A stretch of 64,000 nucleotides of DNA from Macrostomum lignano (GCA_002269645.1 NIVC01001281.1:62001-126000), one strand, 5' to 3'. Positions 1-13,060 are shown, numbered from the stretch's first letter. Notes: generated by a model not told the origin, from the letters alone. Made by a program: numbers and translations.

Positions 1-2
1 TC

Positions 3-129
3 ATCAAATGTTTGCTTCAAATCCTAATTTTATACAAATGTACTCAGATTTCAGAATACATGCAAAAATACCATAGTTCTGGGGATTAGAATTCCCCAGG
101 TTAAAAATCCGCAGGTTTCAACAGCTTGT
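3..129 (+). repeat. Dispersed repeat, decayed copy
   Basis: Aligns by eye to 19151-19333 (caaatcctaattttaYacRa..tgtactc / atagttctggggatt..gtttcaacagcttgt). This copy carries mostly C>T and G>A changes. Confidence 0.75.
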
Positions 130-1590
130 ATTTTATAAATACATTAGTAAACTTTTAATAGATAAAATTGGTATTCTCAAATAGGCCCAATATCAAAATT
201 TTTATTTGGCTATGACTAATGCCTATGTAATTTACTTTTTCAACCAAAATGCAATTTATATATGAAATAAAACCTAAAGCAAAAATTAATATAATTGTAG
301 ATAAATAGTAGCAATAACTGACAATTTTATTAAGGCCTTGCCTTGCCTAAATGCCTTGTTATCTAATTAGTATTATATCTATTTTAGGTCAACTTTTTAT
401 GTGACTTACCTTGGCCACCTAGCTAAATCAGCTAGGTTGGCTAGGTGTTGAGGGCATATATAAGTATTATTTAAATGTACTAGGCCTATTGTTGTATTGA
501 TTCTCTTGAGAATTATCTTGCTAATTTTACCAAAACTATATTAAAGCTATTTGATCTTTCCTAGAAAAATACCATTGTTAATACTAAGTTATACTAAGAG
601 GTGCAGGTGTTTACTATTAGCTATTTGCCTTATTCTATTCCACTAATGCCACCAAGTTGTTACAAAGCTCTAGCTTATTCTATTGTTACTATATTAGTTT
701 AAACAACTTACTAAACTGAGTAGGCTATTGTTGGTAGAATCTATCACTCATAGTTTCAGTATCTAAGTGGCAAGAAATTGCATAACTACTAATTGTAAAT
801 TTCAAAATGGCATTACCAATTATCAAGAGGTTCTTTGATTTTTTCATGGAATATAGTCTATCACTACTTAATACTAGATCATACCATCTTTACTTCTTGG
901 AAGTTCTTTCCCTTGTTACCTGGCACTAAGCAATCTATCATCTTTATTCTGCAATATTATTTTACTCAATAAGTACTTTGGTTCACAGTTAGAATATTCC
1001 ACTTTCTACCTAAAGTGTTTTCAATTTGCAATAATTGCTACTTTATTTGGAAAACATTATTTTAAACTCCTCAATTTGTAGACATTGCTTCAATTAACTA
1101 AGAAAGTACTAAAGATTTTGAACTTGAATGTGCACTAGTAATTAATAAACTAGTAAACTCCAGGTTGAACCAAGTTAGTGAACATTTTGCTTCTTGCATT
1201 TGCTATATTTAAACTAATTAAAATAGTCTCCTATTAGATTGTGCATAGCCCAATTAGGTTTAACATTGGTAAACAAAGATTTGTATTAATAAGTTGTATG
1301 GTAAAACAATTTTTTATCATTTTTTATCAATAAAATAGTTGGCTATTTTATTTCTAAGGTTTAAGATGTCAAACACTCTCAGATGTCAAATTGAAAATCA
1401 GAATGCCTATTGGCATTAGTCTCAAAAATCAAATTAAATGGTGTTATACCAATGGATACTATAGTAGTGTTAAGATAAAGTAACAGGTAAGAACCACAAA
1501 TAATGCCAAATAAAATGTTGTAATGCCATACTGGCAAATTTACTTATAAAATATCTAAATAATCTATAAACCAATATTCCAGTAGTCGCA

Positions 1591-4500
1591 ATGGATACCG
1601 GACTTGAAAGCCACTCAGCTGCCATATTTGTGCAGAGTGCCGATGCCAATGGCAAAGAGCTGCTATTTGTTAAACTGACAGACGCTGCCCTGCGTGGCTT
1701 AGAAGAGGCAGCTAGGCATAGCCGCGGCCAGACAGGCTTTGTAAGCTTCGATGGTCCAGCTAACGAATTGCAACTGCCTGGCGGGTCCAGCTTTGCCTTG
1801 GCTATATCTGACGCTGTCCAGGGCTCAGATCAGCTGGACCTGGTGCAGCCAGCTGGGGCCCAGCCACACCAAAGTGGGCATCCAACTATTGGCAGGCTAG
1901 GCGCTGTGCTAAAGAAAGTCACTGTACAAGCTAAGGATGATGTCTATTCTAATACTAAAGAGAAGATTACTCAGGTGAGTTCTTGGCCTGCTTTATGTTA
2001 AGGTGCTTTTTCGCTGATTGAAACTTCGGTCTTCGGATTCAATTATAGTTCATTCAAGATGTTGTTATTAGAACTCATTTTGGCTCCATTTAAACTCGTT
2101 TCGGCGCCGTTCACACTCATTTCGGTGCCATTCACACTCATTTCGGTGCCATTCACACTCATTTCGGCGCCATTCACACTCATTTCGGCGCCATTCACAC
2201 TCAGTTCGGCGCCATTCACACTCATTTCGGTGCCATTCACATGACAAAATGCTGTGTTCAACCTACTTACAAAGTAGTATAATTTTAATCTTGCATCAGT
2301 ACATATTTAACAAAGCAAATCTGGTTTCCAATACCGCAGGCCGATCAAAACGAGAAGCGGGTTCGCACCAAGGAGCTGAAATCCAACAGCAGCGCAAAGC
2401 AGCGCCTGTTGAAGCGATCCCTGAACTCCGGCCACCTCTCGTCGGGCGCGGCGCCACCGAAGAGGCCAGCAACTCCCCTTGGCGGCGGTCACGGCTCTAG
2501 GCCTACTCCGCCTCACGCTGCTGCTACCACCGCCGGTTCGCGTAGCCTGCGCGATCACGTGATTCACCTGCTGGCCGTGCGGCCCTACAACCAAGCCGAG
2601 CTGCTCATACGCCTGCGCCAAAACAACCTCACTGTTGAGGCGCCGGCCCTTACTCGCGTATTAGATGAAGTTGGCAGGCTGGAGCCTAATAGATCGAGGT
2701 ACATCCTGCTGCCCGGTCTACTGGCTCAGGTTAGTTTTTTATCTCTAATAAGTGATTGATATTCGACTGGCTAAGTTGCTATGCTTTCTGTTTTGCGGTG
2801 AAGAATGTTTTACAAATTAACCAACTTGAAAATATATTCTAGACAAGAATCCAAATGAAGATAAAGACAAGAACCCAAACGAATATCTAGATAAAAATCC
2901 ATTAAAGATCTAGACAAGAATCCAAATGAAGATCTAGACAAGAATCCAAATGAAGATCTAGACAAGAATCCAAATGAAGATCTAGACAAGAATCCAAATG
3001 AAGATCTAGACAAGAATCCAAATGAAGATCTAGACAAGAATCCAAATGAAGATCTAGACAAGAATTCAAATGAAGATCTAGACAAGAATCCAAATGAAGA
3101 TAAAGACAAGAACCCAAACGAATATCTAGATAAAAATCCATTAAAGATCTAGACAAGAATCCAAATGAAGATCTAGACAAGAATCCAAATGAAGATCTAG
3201 ACAAGAATCCAAATGAAGATCTAGACAAGAATCCAAATGAAGATCTAGACAAGAATCCAAATGAAGATCTAGACAAGAATCCAAATGAAGATCTAGACAA
3301 GAATCCAAATGAAGATCTAGACAAGAATTCAAATGAAGATCTAGACAAGAATCCAAATGAAGATCTAGACAAGAATCCAAATGAAGATCTAGACAAAAAT
3401 CCAAATGAAGATCTAGACAAAATCCAAATGAAGATCTAGACAAGAATCCAAATGAAGATCTAGACAAGAATCCATTAAAGATCTAGACAAGAATCCAAAT
3501 GAAGATCTAGACAAGAATCCAAATGAAGATCTAGACAAGAATCCAAATGAAGATCTAGACAAGAATCCAAATGAAGATCTAGACAAGAATCCAAATGAAG
3601 ATCTAGACAAGAATCCAAATGAAGATCTAGACAAGAATCTAAATGAAGATCTAGACAAGAATCCAAATGAAGATCTAGACAAGAATCTAAATGAAGATCT
3701 AGACAAGAACCCCAGTAAAGATATAAACGCAGATTGATCCCAATGCATACGTAAGATCTTATTCATTCGCGTGTTTAGTCTCGCAGATACCGGGATCTTG
3801 TATAGGGATTTTAATCTGTCTTGTTCTATTAATTGATTAATAATCAGCCTTCAACCCAACAAGAGAAAGTTTACCAAATCCCGTTGCCAGGTGAGCCTAG
3901 ACTGGCCGCTGTACAGCCAGACTGAAAAGGAGCGTCTGCGCGATCGCAAAGCGGCTCTGCAACAGCGGCAGACCGCTGCCGCCCCAGTCACCGGCAGCAT
4001 CGTCAGCAGCTCCTCCGCCGCCGCCGCCGCCAACGCCAAAGACAAAGACGCTGCCACTCCCGTCGCTTCGTCTGCCTCAGTGGCTCCGACTCAGTCATCG
4101 AATTCTCAGCCGCTGCCTCATCAGCCGGCACCTCCGCCTGTGCAGTCCAGCCAACAATCCGCCGACTCTTCGTCGCCGTCTTCTGAAGCTTCGCCGACAA
4201 TTGCGTTGGCAGCCGCTTCGGCGCCGGCATCGGCTTCGGCCTCCGCGTCGGCGGCAGCGGCGCCGGAGGACGACCTGAAGCCCATTGTGAGCGCGGCCGA
4301 TCGGGCCCGCTACAAGACCGAATACGATCGGGACTATCCGGAATACCGCCGGCTGTGGGACCGGATCCGATCCGTCACTGTCAAGGCCATGGAATTGGAG
4401 CAGCAATTGGAGAAACAGTCGCGCGGCTCGCCAGGCTATGAGGCCACCTGCGAGCGTATTATCGAACTGTACAAGCACTGCCAGTCTCAGCCGGAATTTC

Positions 4501-4604
4501 GATTGGATGCCGAGCATTTCATGACAATGGAGAAACGGCTGCGGCGAATCAGACAGTTAATTGTGGATTACGATCGGTACAAAGCTGCCGGCTTGGCTAG
4601 CTGA
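1591..4604 (+). CDS. ELL: RNA polymerase II elongation factor ELL, about 495 aa, 3 exons
   Basis: Exons 1591-1974, 2340-2729 and 3891-4604 join in phase 0 with GT-AG sites. Motifs: N-terminal [10 protein letters not shown]; winged-helix [13 protein letters not shown]...V/SLDWPLYS; C-terminal occludin/ELL domain ([18 protein letters not shown]...IRQLIVDYD). Confidence 0.93.
2075..2242. repeat. 21-bp minisatellite in ELL intron 1
   Basis: Tandem unit ttcacactcatttcggYgcca. Confidence 0.9.
2837..3712. repeat. 24-bp minisatellite in ELL intron 2
   Basis: Tandem unit agatctagacaagaatccaaatga. It explains the repetitive SRSSFGFL and LDLHLDSC ORFs. Confidence 0.95.
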
Positions 4605-5254
4605 GCTGCAAACCGATTGTTTTCTGTATCTTTTTATAGATGAAAAATTATTTCTTACAGTGCTATTTTTAACTTATTAATTGTTTTCTAGTACGGAAAA
4701 TTCTGCCGAGCGTTTATAGTGCAAGAGAGATAGCCCTACCATCGTCGGGATAGCAACCATTGTAGCTTTTATTAGTGCCTTAAGTTGTCTTTGCGCAATG
4801 AAACACGCAACTTTGCCCGCTGGTCCAGTGAGGCTTCAGTGAATCAGCAGTAGTTAAAATATAAACATTGTCAGTGAAAATGTCTTATATCCTTACTATT
4901 ATGCTACTTTAGAAAGCAGTATATAAGTGTGTGTAAAATTGTATTTTGTTTAAAACCGTAAATTAAAAGTTGTATGATTAGTTCGATACCTACTAAATAT
5001 TCGGTTAATAATTTATATATTAAAACTGCTAAAAGTGCTTTTCGTCCATCGAATGGACTAGCTATGGTTTGTTTTTGTGGCAAAGTTATTTTTAATTCTG
5101 ACCGCTTTATAACTTTTATATCAATTTATTTATGCCTGTTTATTATCTTTTTTGCCAGGCTGAAATTTGAGCAATGAGAACTAACCGTGACTGTACACGC
5201 ATTAGAAATCTATTTTAGTTGCGGAGATTAAGCATCTGAAGTATTTTGCGGGCC

Positions 5255-5585
5255 GCCCCCATCGCCCCCTATCCTTCAGCAAGGGGCCCCTTATCTCCCC
5301 CTATCCTTCGGCTGGCCGCCCCTTATCTCCCCCTATCCTTCGGCTGGCCGCCCCTTATCTCCCCCTATCCTTCGGCTGGCCGCCCCTTATCTCCCCCTAT
5401 CCTTCGGCTGCCGCCCCTTATCTCCCCCTATCCTTCGGCTGGCCGCCCCTTATCTCCCCCTATCCTTCGGCTGGCCGTCCCTTATCTCCCCCTATCCTTC
5501 GGCTGGCCGCCCCTTATCTCCCCCTATCCTTCGGCTGGCCGCCCCTTATCTCCCCCTATCCTTCGGCTGCCGCCCCTTATCTCCT
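5255..5585. repeat. 32-bp GC-rich minisatellite
   Basis: Tandem unit cccctatccttcggctggccgccccttatctc. Confidence 0.9.
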
Positions 5586-6284
5586 TACCCTTTAGCGCTT
5601 TAAATCCTCCAATTTACTTTTTGCGCTATAAATCATATGAATTAAAGCGAAATTGGCGGTGGTCTGTTTAGTTGGCACAACAAAACGCCAGTTAGTGTGT
5701 TTGTTTGTTTTTTCAGTTGTTTGTTTTTCCTATTTATTTTTTGGTTAATTTTTCTCCTTGTGTGAGTCATTCGTCTGCCAGCTTGGCTGGGCTTTCCCTT
5801 GCGGTTTAGACAAAATTGTTGCGTGTTTTTTTACTTCCTTATAGTGGAATTGAATTGCTGCACCATTACTCAATGCTTCAATCATGGCTTTTCTTGCATC
5901 GGCTGTTTATGCTAATTGGAGCCGTCAGTTTTTTACCATACTACTGTCAGTCATATTTGACGTTATAATAAAAATTGTACTTTATTTTATTGCTTTTCTG
6001 GTGCAAGTGGTTACTATGTATTATTGTTTGGCTGATATCTACGCTTTTTTGTTTGCTAAAACTTTCATTAGATCGGCTTGTTGGAGATGCTTTTCCCCTC
6101 TATAATTTAATCCAGTATAGAGTATATTATTAACTATTGGTGTCCTGTCCGCTATCTTTCTCTGTGTGTATTGGAATTCATTTCTAATGTCATTTGACAC
6201 TGTATTGTCCCGCTGACTATGATGAATGCTATCTGTTACTTCTCTTTTTCTATTCTGTTGATTTTTCAAGCGTTGCCTTCGCCC

Positions 6285-6797
6285 TAACACTCCCCCACCC
6301 TCTTCGCCCTTCCCCCACCCTCTTCGCCCTACCCTCCCCACCCTCTTCGCCCTTCCCCCACCCTCTTCGCCTTACCCCACCTTCGCCCTACCCCCACCCT
6401 CTTCGCCCTTCCCCCACCCTCTTCGCCCTACCCTCCCCACCCTCTTCGCCCTTCCCCCACCCTCTTCGCCCTACCCTCCCCACCCTCTTCGCCCTTCCCC
6501 CACCCTCTTCGCCTTACCCCACCTTCGCCCTACCCCCACCCTCTTCGCCTTAACCCCCCCCACCTTCGCCCTACCCCCACCCTCTTCGCCCTACCCTCCC
6601 CACCCTCTTCGCCCTTCCCCCACCCTCTTCGCCTTAACCCCCCCCCCACCTTCGCCCTACCCCCACCCTCTTCGCCCTACCCTCCCCACCCTCTTCGCCC
6701 TTCCCCCACCCTCTTCGCCTTAACCCCCCACCTTCGCCCTACCCCCACCCTCTTCGCCTTAACCCCCCCACCTTCGCCCTACCCCCACCCTCTTTGC
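6285..6797. repeat. C-rich ~19-20-bp minisatellite (G-run-rich on the minus strand)
   Basis: Variants of ccccaccctcttcgccctt repeated in tandem. Confidence 0.9.
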
Positions 6798-7214
6798 CGA
6801 CGCCTTTGATTTTTGTCATTCCGCATATTAATATATAAAATCTTATCATATGTTTACATGAGTATTTTTCTTCTTGCCTCAAGCTGCTTTCCTCGAATGT
6901 CTCTTCCAATTTTCTTGCTGTTGCCGGTTGCTGCCGGGTCCGGCCATTTCATTCTGTATGTGTAATAATATATTTAATCATATGTCTATTTATTTATTTG
7001 TCGTTTTATCAATAAAACATTCAGGCATTTAGCAGGGTTGCTTCATTCATATAGCGTTGATGATTTTGTTGGTATTTTTATTTTAGTTAGCTGCAAATTA
7101 ATAGTTTCATTTAGTAGCTTTGGTATTCAACTCCAATGAATGTTGACTTTGTGCTCCAACTCGCATTTCCGCTTTCAGTTCAGCTGCTTCGCCGGTTTTA
7201 AATCAACGCAAACA

Positions 7215-10200
7215 ATGTCCAGCTGTCAGATTAATTATATTTTACAATCCGTGCCAAATCAAAGCTGCGATTTAAATCAGGAACTGAAAGAGGATAATAA
7301 TAATCAGCAGACTAAACAGTTGGCTCCTGTGCTGCAGCTTGATAGGCGGGAACAGGTGCGAAATGTGTTGAGTGAGCCGGTCAATTTAAGCCCAGTGACC
7401 AATCAAGAAGATAAAGCGCACGGCCTGGAGACCGATCAGGTAGATGAAGCAGAGAAACTTGAAACCGATCAGGTGGATGAAGCAGAGAATCTGGAGACCA
7501 TTCAAGAGCATGAAACAGAGAATCTGGAGACCGATCAGGTGAATGAAGGAGAGAATCTGGAGACCGATCAGTTTGATGAAGAGAATCTGGAGACCGATCA
7601 AGTGAATGAAGGAGAGAATCTGGAGACCGATCAAGTGAATGAAGGAGAGAATCTGGAGACCGATCAGTTTGATGAAGAGAATCTGGAGACCGATCAGTTT
7701 GATGAAGAGAATCTGGAGACCGATCAGGTGAATGAAGGAGAGAATCTGGAGACCGATCAGGTGGATGAAGCAAAGAATCTGGAGACCGATCAGTTTGATG
7801 AAGAGAATCTGGAGACCGATCAGTTTGATGAAGAGAATCTGGAGACCGATCAGGTGAATGAAGGAGAGAATCTGGAGACCGATCAGTTTGATGAAGAGAA
7901 TCTGGAGACCGATCAAGTGAATGAAGGAGAGAATCTGGAGACCGATCAGTTTGATGAAGAGAATCTGGAGACCGATCAGGTGGATGGAGAAGGGAATATG
8001 GAGACCGATCAGGAGGATGAAGCAGAGGAATTGCAAACCGAAAACGTGGATAAAGCTGATGTGGTTAACCTCGGCAATTATCAAGCGTATGATGCCAAAG
8101 GTTTAGAGGCTGTCCAGACACATGGACCCGATAAGCCAGCGATCTATCAGGAAGATGGAAATTTCGCTATTCAAAAATTTCAATTCTACAATGACCCAAA
8201 ACTCCCGACAATTGAGTTCGGTGTACAGCAGGTTTTAAAGTTGCACGAGAATCAGCTAGAGTTGAAGACTGAATCGGGCCAGAAATGCAGACGTAGAAAG
8301 AAGCGGCTCAGGTCTAACAGCCCGCCCCGCCAGGCTGCCGCAGGCGCTGCCCAGCCGCCGGCAGCCAAGCGATTGCGCAGACGGCGGCAGCGCCATCGCA
8401 GCTCCTGCACAAATCCGGCTAACGATTCGTCCACTCCAGTGATTGCCGCTGTCTCTGATAATTTACAATTCGAGTCTGGCGAACTTCGCTACATAGTCGT
8501 TTCCGGCTTGCCAATGTCGGTTAGAGACGCCGCTTTGCACAGAGCTTTCCGCGGCGTGTTCCGTCGGCGCTTACTGGCCGACGCAGACGAACTAGTTGTA
8601 GTGCCGGAGTCGGACACCAAGACTGTGCTGATGTTTGCCGGCGGCGAGCAGGCGGCTGCTTCTGGCTGGCCGCTGTCGGCTCGATTGGGCGATAATGGTG
8701 CGCTAGGGTTGATCATGAGATGCTAATTATAGCCCGCTGAGTTTATTGGCCAGCCTCAAAGGCCATAGTGATTTGTTTCTCGGATCCTTAGTTTCCGATC
8801 CTCAGTCTGTCAGATCCCCAGTCTGTCAACTCCCCAGTCTGTCACATCCTCAGTCTTTCAGACCTCCGGTCTGTCAGATCCCCAGTCTTTCAGATCTCCG
8901 GTCTGTCAGATCCCCAGTCTGTCAGATCCCCAGGCTGTCAGATCCCCATTTTATCAGATCCCAAGTCTGTCAGATCCTCTTTCTGTCAGATCCCCAGTCT
9001 GTCAGATCCCCAGTCTATCAACTCCCCAGTCTATAAAATCCCCAGTCTATAAAATCCCCAGTCTATCAAATCCCCAGTCTTTCAGATCCCCGGTCTGTCA
9101 TATCCCCAGTCTATCAGAACCCAAGTCTGTCAGATCCTCAGTCTGTCAAATCCTCAGTCTGTCAGATCCCCAGTCTGTCAGGTCCCCAGTCTGTAAGACC
9201 CCAAGTCTGTCAGATCCCCAGTCTGTCAGATCCCCAGGCTGTCAGATCCCCAGTCTATCAGATCCCAAGTCTGTCAGATCCTCAGTCTATCAGATCCCCA
9301 GTCTATCAGATCCTCAGTCTGTCAGGTCCTCAGTCTTTTAGATCCTCAGTCTGTCAGGTCGTCAGTAGGTCAGATCCTCAGTCTGTCAGACCCTCAGCCG
9401 ATGATATCCTCAAAGCTCACAGATCCTTACACTTACCCTAAGATTCTCATGAAGTTAAACATTTTCAGATCCCCACCAGATCTCTGCAAATTGCCCAGTT
9501 CTCTAATTTTCCGAATTGATCAACCTATAGACTAGCTATCTCGGGGTAGGCTAATGCGCAAGGGCCTATCTACTTGTCAGTAATTATTTGGCTAAGCCAG
9601 TCACTGTCTATGTCCTCAACCCTAGGCCAGCGCCTATCAGCTCGTACAGTTGAACGCCGCCTCCGCTCTCTGCAATTCGAATCGCGTTTCCCCGAGGACG
9701 CCCGACTGGACAGCCTTCGCGTTGAAGCGTCCGACTCGCTCGATTATCTGCGTCGCTGGACTCGGATGTATTTCTGCCCGGTGCCCTATCAGATTGCCGA
9801 GGACATCCAATGCCAGCACCTGCTGGCCACCAACCTGCCAGCCAAGCTGCTGCAGTCGCCTGAAGATTTGCTGAGAAGATTTACTCAGCTTATGCCAGAC
9901 GCCAGGTGAGCGCGTGTACCGGATTAGACTCTAGCGCGTCGAATTAATATGTCCACTTTCTCAGATGCTTAATATAGCCTACTAGATCCTCAGTTGCTGG
10001 GCCACCAAAACCAAGGTTGTTAGGTTGTCATCCCCAGCCTGTCAGATCCCCAGTCTGTCAGATCCCCAGTCTGTCAGATCCCCAGTCTGTCAGATCCCCA
10101 GTCTGTCAGATCCCCAGTCTGTCAGATCCTTAGTCTGTCAGATCCCCAGTCTATCAGATCCTCATTCTGTCAGATCCCCAGTCTGTCAGATCCCCAGTCT

Positions 10201-11849
10201 ATCAGATCCCCAGGCTATCAGATCCCCAGGCTATCAGATCCCCATGATGTCAGATCCCCATGCTGTCAGATCCCCAGTCTATCAGATCCCCAGCCTGTCA
10301 GATCCCCAGTCTGTCAGATCCCCAGTCTGTCAGATCCCCAGTCTGTCAGATCCTTAGTCTGTCAGATCCCCAGTCTATCAGATCCTCATTCTGTCAGATC
10401 CCCAGTCTGTCAGATCCCCAGTCTATCAGATCCCCAGGCTATCAGATCCCCAGGCTATCAGATCCCCATGATGTCAGATCCCCATGCTGTCAGATCCCCA
10501 GTCTATCAGATCCCCAGGCTGTCAGATCCCCAGTCTATCAGATCCCCAGTCTGTCAGATCCCCATGCTGTCAGATCCCCAGTCTATCAGATCCCCAGTCT
10601 GTCAGATCCCCAGTCTATCAGATCCCCAGGCTATCAGATCCCCATGATGTCAGATCCCCATGCTGTCAGATCCCCAGTCTATCAGATCCCCAGGCTGTCA
10701 GATCCCCAGTCTATCAGATCCCCATGCTGTCAGATCCCCAGTCTATCAGATCCCCAGTCTGTCAGATCCCCAGTCTATCAGATCCCCAGGCTATCAGATC
10801 CCCAGGCTATCAGATCCCCAGGCTATCAGATCCCCATGATGTCAGATCCCCATGCTGTCAGATCCCCAGTCTATCAGATCCCCATGCTGTCAGATCCCCA
10901 GTCTATCAGATCCCCATGCTGTTAGATCCCCAGGCTATCAGATCCCCATGCTATCAGATCCCCAGTCTGTCAGATCCTTAGTCTGTCAGATCCCCAGTCT
11001 ATCAGATCCCCAGTCTGTCAGATCCCCAGTCTGTCAGATCCCCAGTCTGTCAGATCCTTAGTCTGTCAGATCCCCAGTCTATCAGATCCCCAGTCTATCA
11101 GATCCTCAGTCTGTCAGATCCCCAGTCTATCAGATCCCCAGGCTATCAGATCCCCATGATGTCAGATCCCCATGCTGTCAGATCCCCAGGCTATCAGATC
11201 CCCATGCTGTCAGATCCCCAGTCTATCAGATCCCCAGTCTATCAGATCCCCAGGCTATCAGATCCCCAGTCTATCAGATCCCCAGTCTATCAGATCCCCA
11301 GTCTATCAGATCCCCAGGCTATCAGATCCCCATGCTGTCAGATCCCCAGACATACAGAAGCGCACCGCCAATCCACTCCACACGCAAAACAGGTCATTCT
11401 TCTTGCCCATTGACGATGTTGACCAGCCGCTGGGCTACCTGCTGGTCCGCTTCGACCAGTCCGCCAGCTGCCTGGCCACCCTGCGCCAGCTGCGCCGGCA
11501 CTACAGCTTAGAATTAGTCTGCGTCAGCCTGTTAGAAGTCTGCCGCCTACCCTGCGGCTATCGGATCCCGGTGCACAATCTGCTCAACTGGTGCTGCCTA
11601 GACAGGCCGCTATCGGGCCCGGTGTCCGCCTCTGTACTTTCCTCGGCTGCCGTCATTCTGGACGATCCGGTCAGGCGGCCGTTTGTCTGCACCTGCCATC
11701 CGGACGCTGTGCGGGTGGCGCCGCAGCCGCACCTGCTAACCGAGCTGGCTCGTCAGCTGAGCGTCAGCGCGACTTCTTCGAGGATGACGGCTACAGCGGC
11801 TGGGACCGAGGCTGGTGCGCTCATGTCCGCTCTGATGCGCCTGTGCTGA
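7215..11849 (+). CDS. Uncharacterised ~739-aa protein: acidic repeat N-terminus, basic NLS-like segment, two degenerate RRM-like domains
   Basis: Exons 7215-8697 (aatg|gtgcgc, phase 1), 9626-9905 (cctag|gc ... ag|gtgagc, phase 2) and 11393-11849 (aacag|g) total 2220 nt in frame. RNP2-like YIVVSGLP and HLLATNLP; RNP1-like LGYLLVRF. The start codon is uncertain because the frame is open upstream to 7140. Confidence 0.7.
7405..8030 (+). repeat. Coding tandem repeat (30/33 bp; ENLETDQFDE / ENLETDQVNEG)
   Basis: Frame-preserving units inside the 7140-8726 ORF. Confidence 0.9.
8790..9400. repeat. 16-bp minisatellite in intron 1 of the RRM-like gene
   Basis: Tandem unit gtctgtcagatcccca and variants. 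Confidence 0.9.
10030..11350. repeat. 16-bp minisatellite in intron 2 of the RRM-like gene
   Basis: Same gtctRtcagatcccca family. The array ends about 40 nt before the acceptor at 11392. Confidence 0.95.
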
Positions 11850-12489
11850 CAGAATGTCGATCAGCCTGTTTTTTAATGACTTTGCGCTGTACTACTGACG
11901 CTATCCGAGGTTTGGTCTTTGTGGAAAATACTAATTATCGTACTAGAAGAATAGAGTGCTATTTCAACCTTCATCTACGAACTTTGTGCATTCGTCGAAG
12001 CGCGCGCGCTCTTTGTGCATTTTTAGCCTTACCGATATTATACACTTTTTCAACCTATTATATACTTTATAGAGGAATTGGTGTCATGTCTAATCTCAGC
12101 TTCAGCTCAATATTCTCCGCTAATAAATCATTAGAACTAACTGGCATTTATATTAAACAGCTTGGTGCATTGAATTTATTGCTAAATATTTTTTCGTATT
12201 TTTACAGTGGAATTGCTGCTCTTTGTTGTCGGTAAACGGTTTACTATTCATAGCTTTTTATTGTGCTGGTAAAAGTTGAAAAAAATATACTGTCTTTGGA
12301 CTGCTTCATTTTGGATTAACTTGTTGGCGTTTTTCTCTTTTGTAGTTCATTGACAAGTCTTTTAGCTCAACCAGAGACCGTGGCTAATGTATAAGGTTGG
12401 CTCTCATTGATGCCAGTTTTACTTCAAACTCAGGTTTCCAACCACTTCTAAGATCGTCTGTTTAATTCATCCACCTAAATCCTCAGCTG

Positions 12490-13060
12490 AAGGGCCAGCC
12501 TCCCAGATCCTCAGTTACTGGGCCAGCCTCCCAAATCCTCAGTTACTGGGCCAGCCTCCCAGAGTGTCAGTTGCTGGGCCAGCCTCCCAGATCCTCAGTT
12601 ACTGGCCCAGCCTCCCAGAGTGTCAGTTGCTGGGCCAGCCTCCCAGAGTGTCAGTTGCTGGCCCAGCCTCCCAGAGTGTCGGTTGCTTGGCCAGCTTCCC
12701 AGAGTGTCAGTTGCTGGGCCAGCCTCCCAGCTCCTCAGTTGCTGGGCCAGCACTCCAGTTTCTCAGTTGCTGGCCCAGCCTCCCAGAGTGTCAGTTGCGG
12801 GGCCAGCCTCCCAGAGTGTCAGTTGCGGGGCCAGCCTCCCAGAGTGTCAGTTGCTGGGCCAGCCTCCCAGAGTGTCAGTTGCTGGGCCAGCCTCCCAGAG
12901 TGTCAGTTGCTGGGCCAGCCTCCCAGAGTGTCAGTTGCTGGGCCAGCCTCCCAGATCCTCAGTTACTGGCCCAGCCTCCCAGAGTGTCAGTTGCTGGGCC
13001 AGCCTCCCAGCTCCTCACTTACTGGGTCAGCCTCTCAGATCCTCTGTTGCTGGGGCACCC
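12490..13060. repeat. 28-bp minisatellite upstream of MICU1
   Basis: Tandem unit cccagagtgtcagttgctgggccagcct, with variant cccagatcctcagttactgggccagcct. Confidence 0.9.

Noticed and set aside
2810-3766. CRISPR-like regular repeats here and in the other arrays
   Set aside because: The units are head-to-tail with no unique spacers, there are no cas genes, and the context is eukaryotic.
3885-3896. AG|GTGAG acceptors (also 14963 AG|GTGCG) as recursive splice sites
   Set aside because: The GTG is a needed Val codon of the conserved protein, and the introns are short (about 1 kb).
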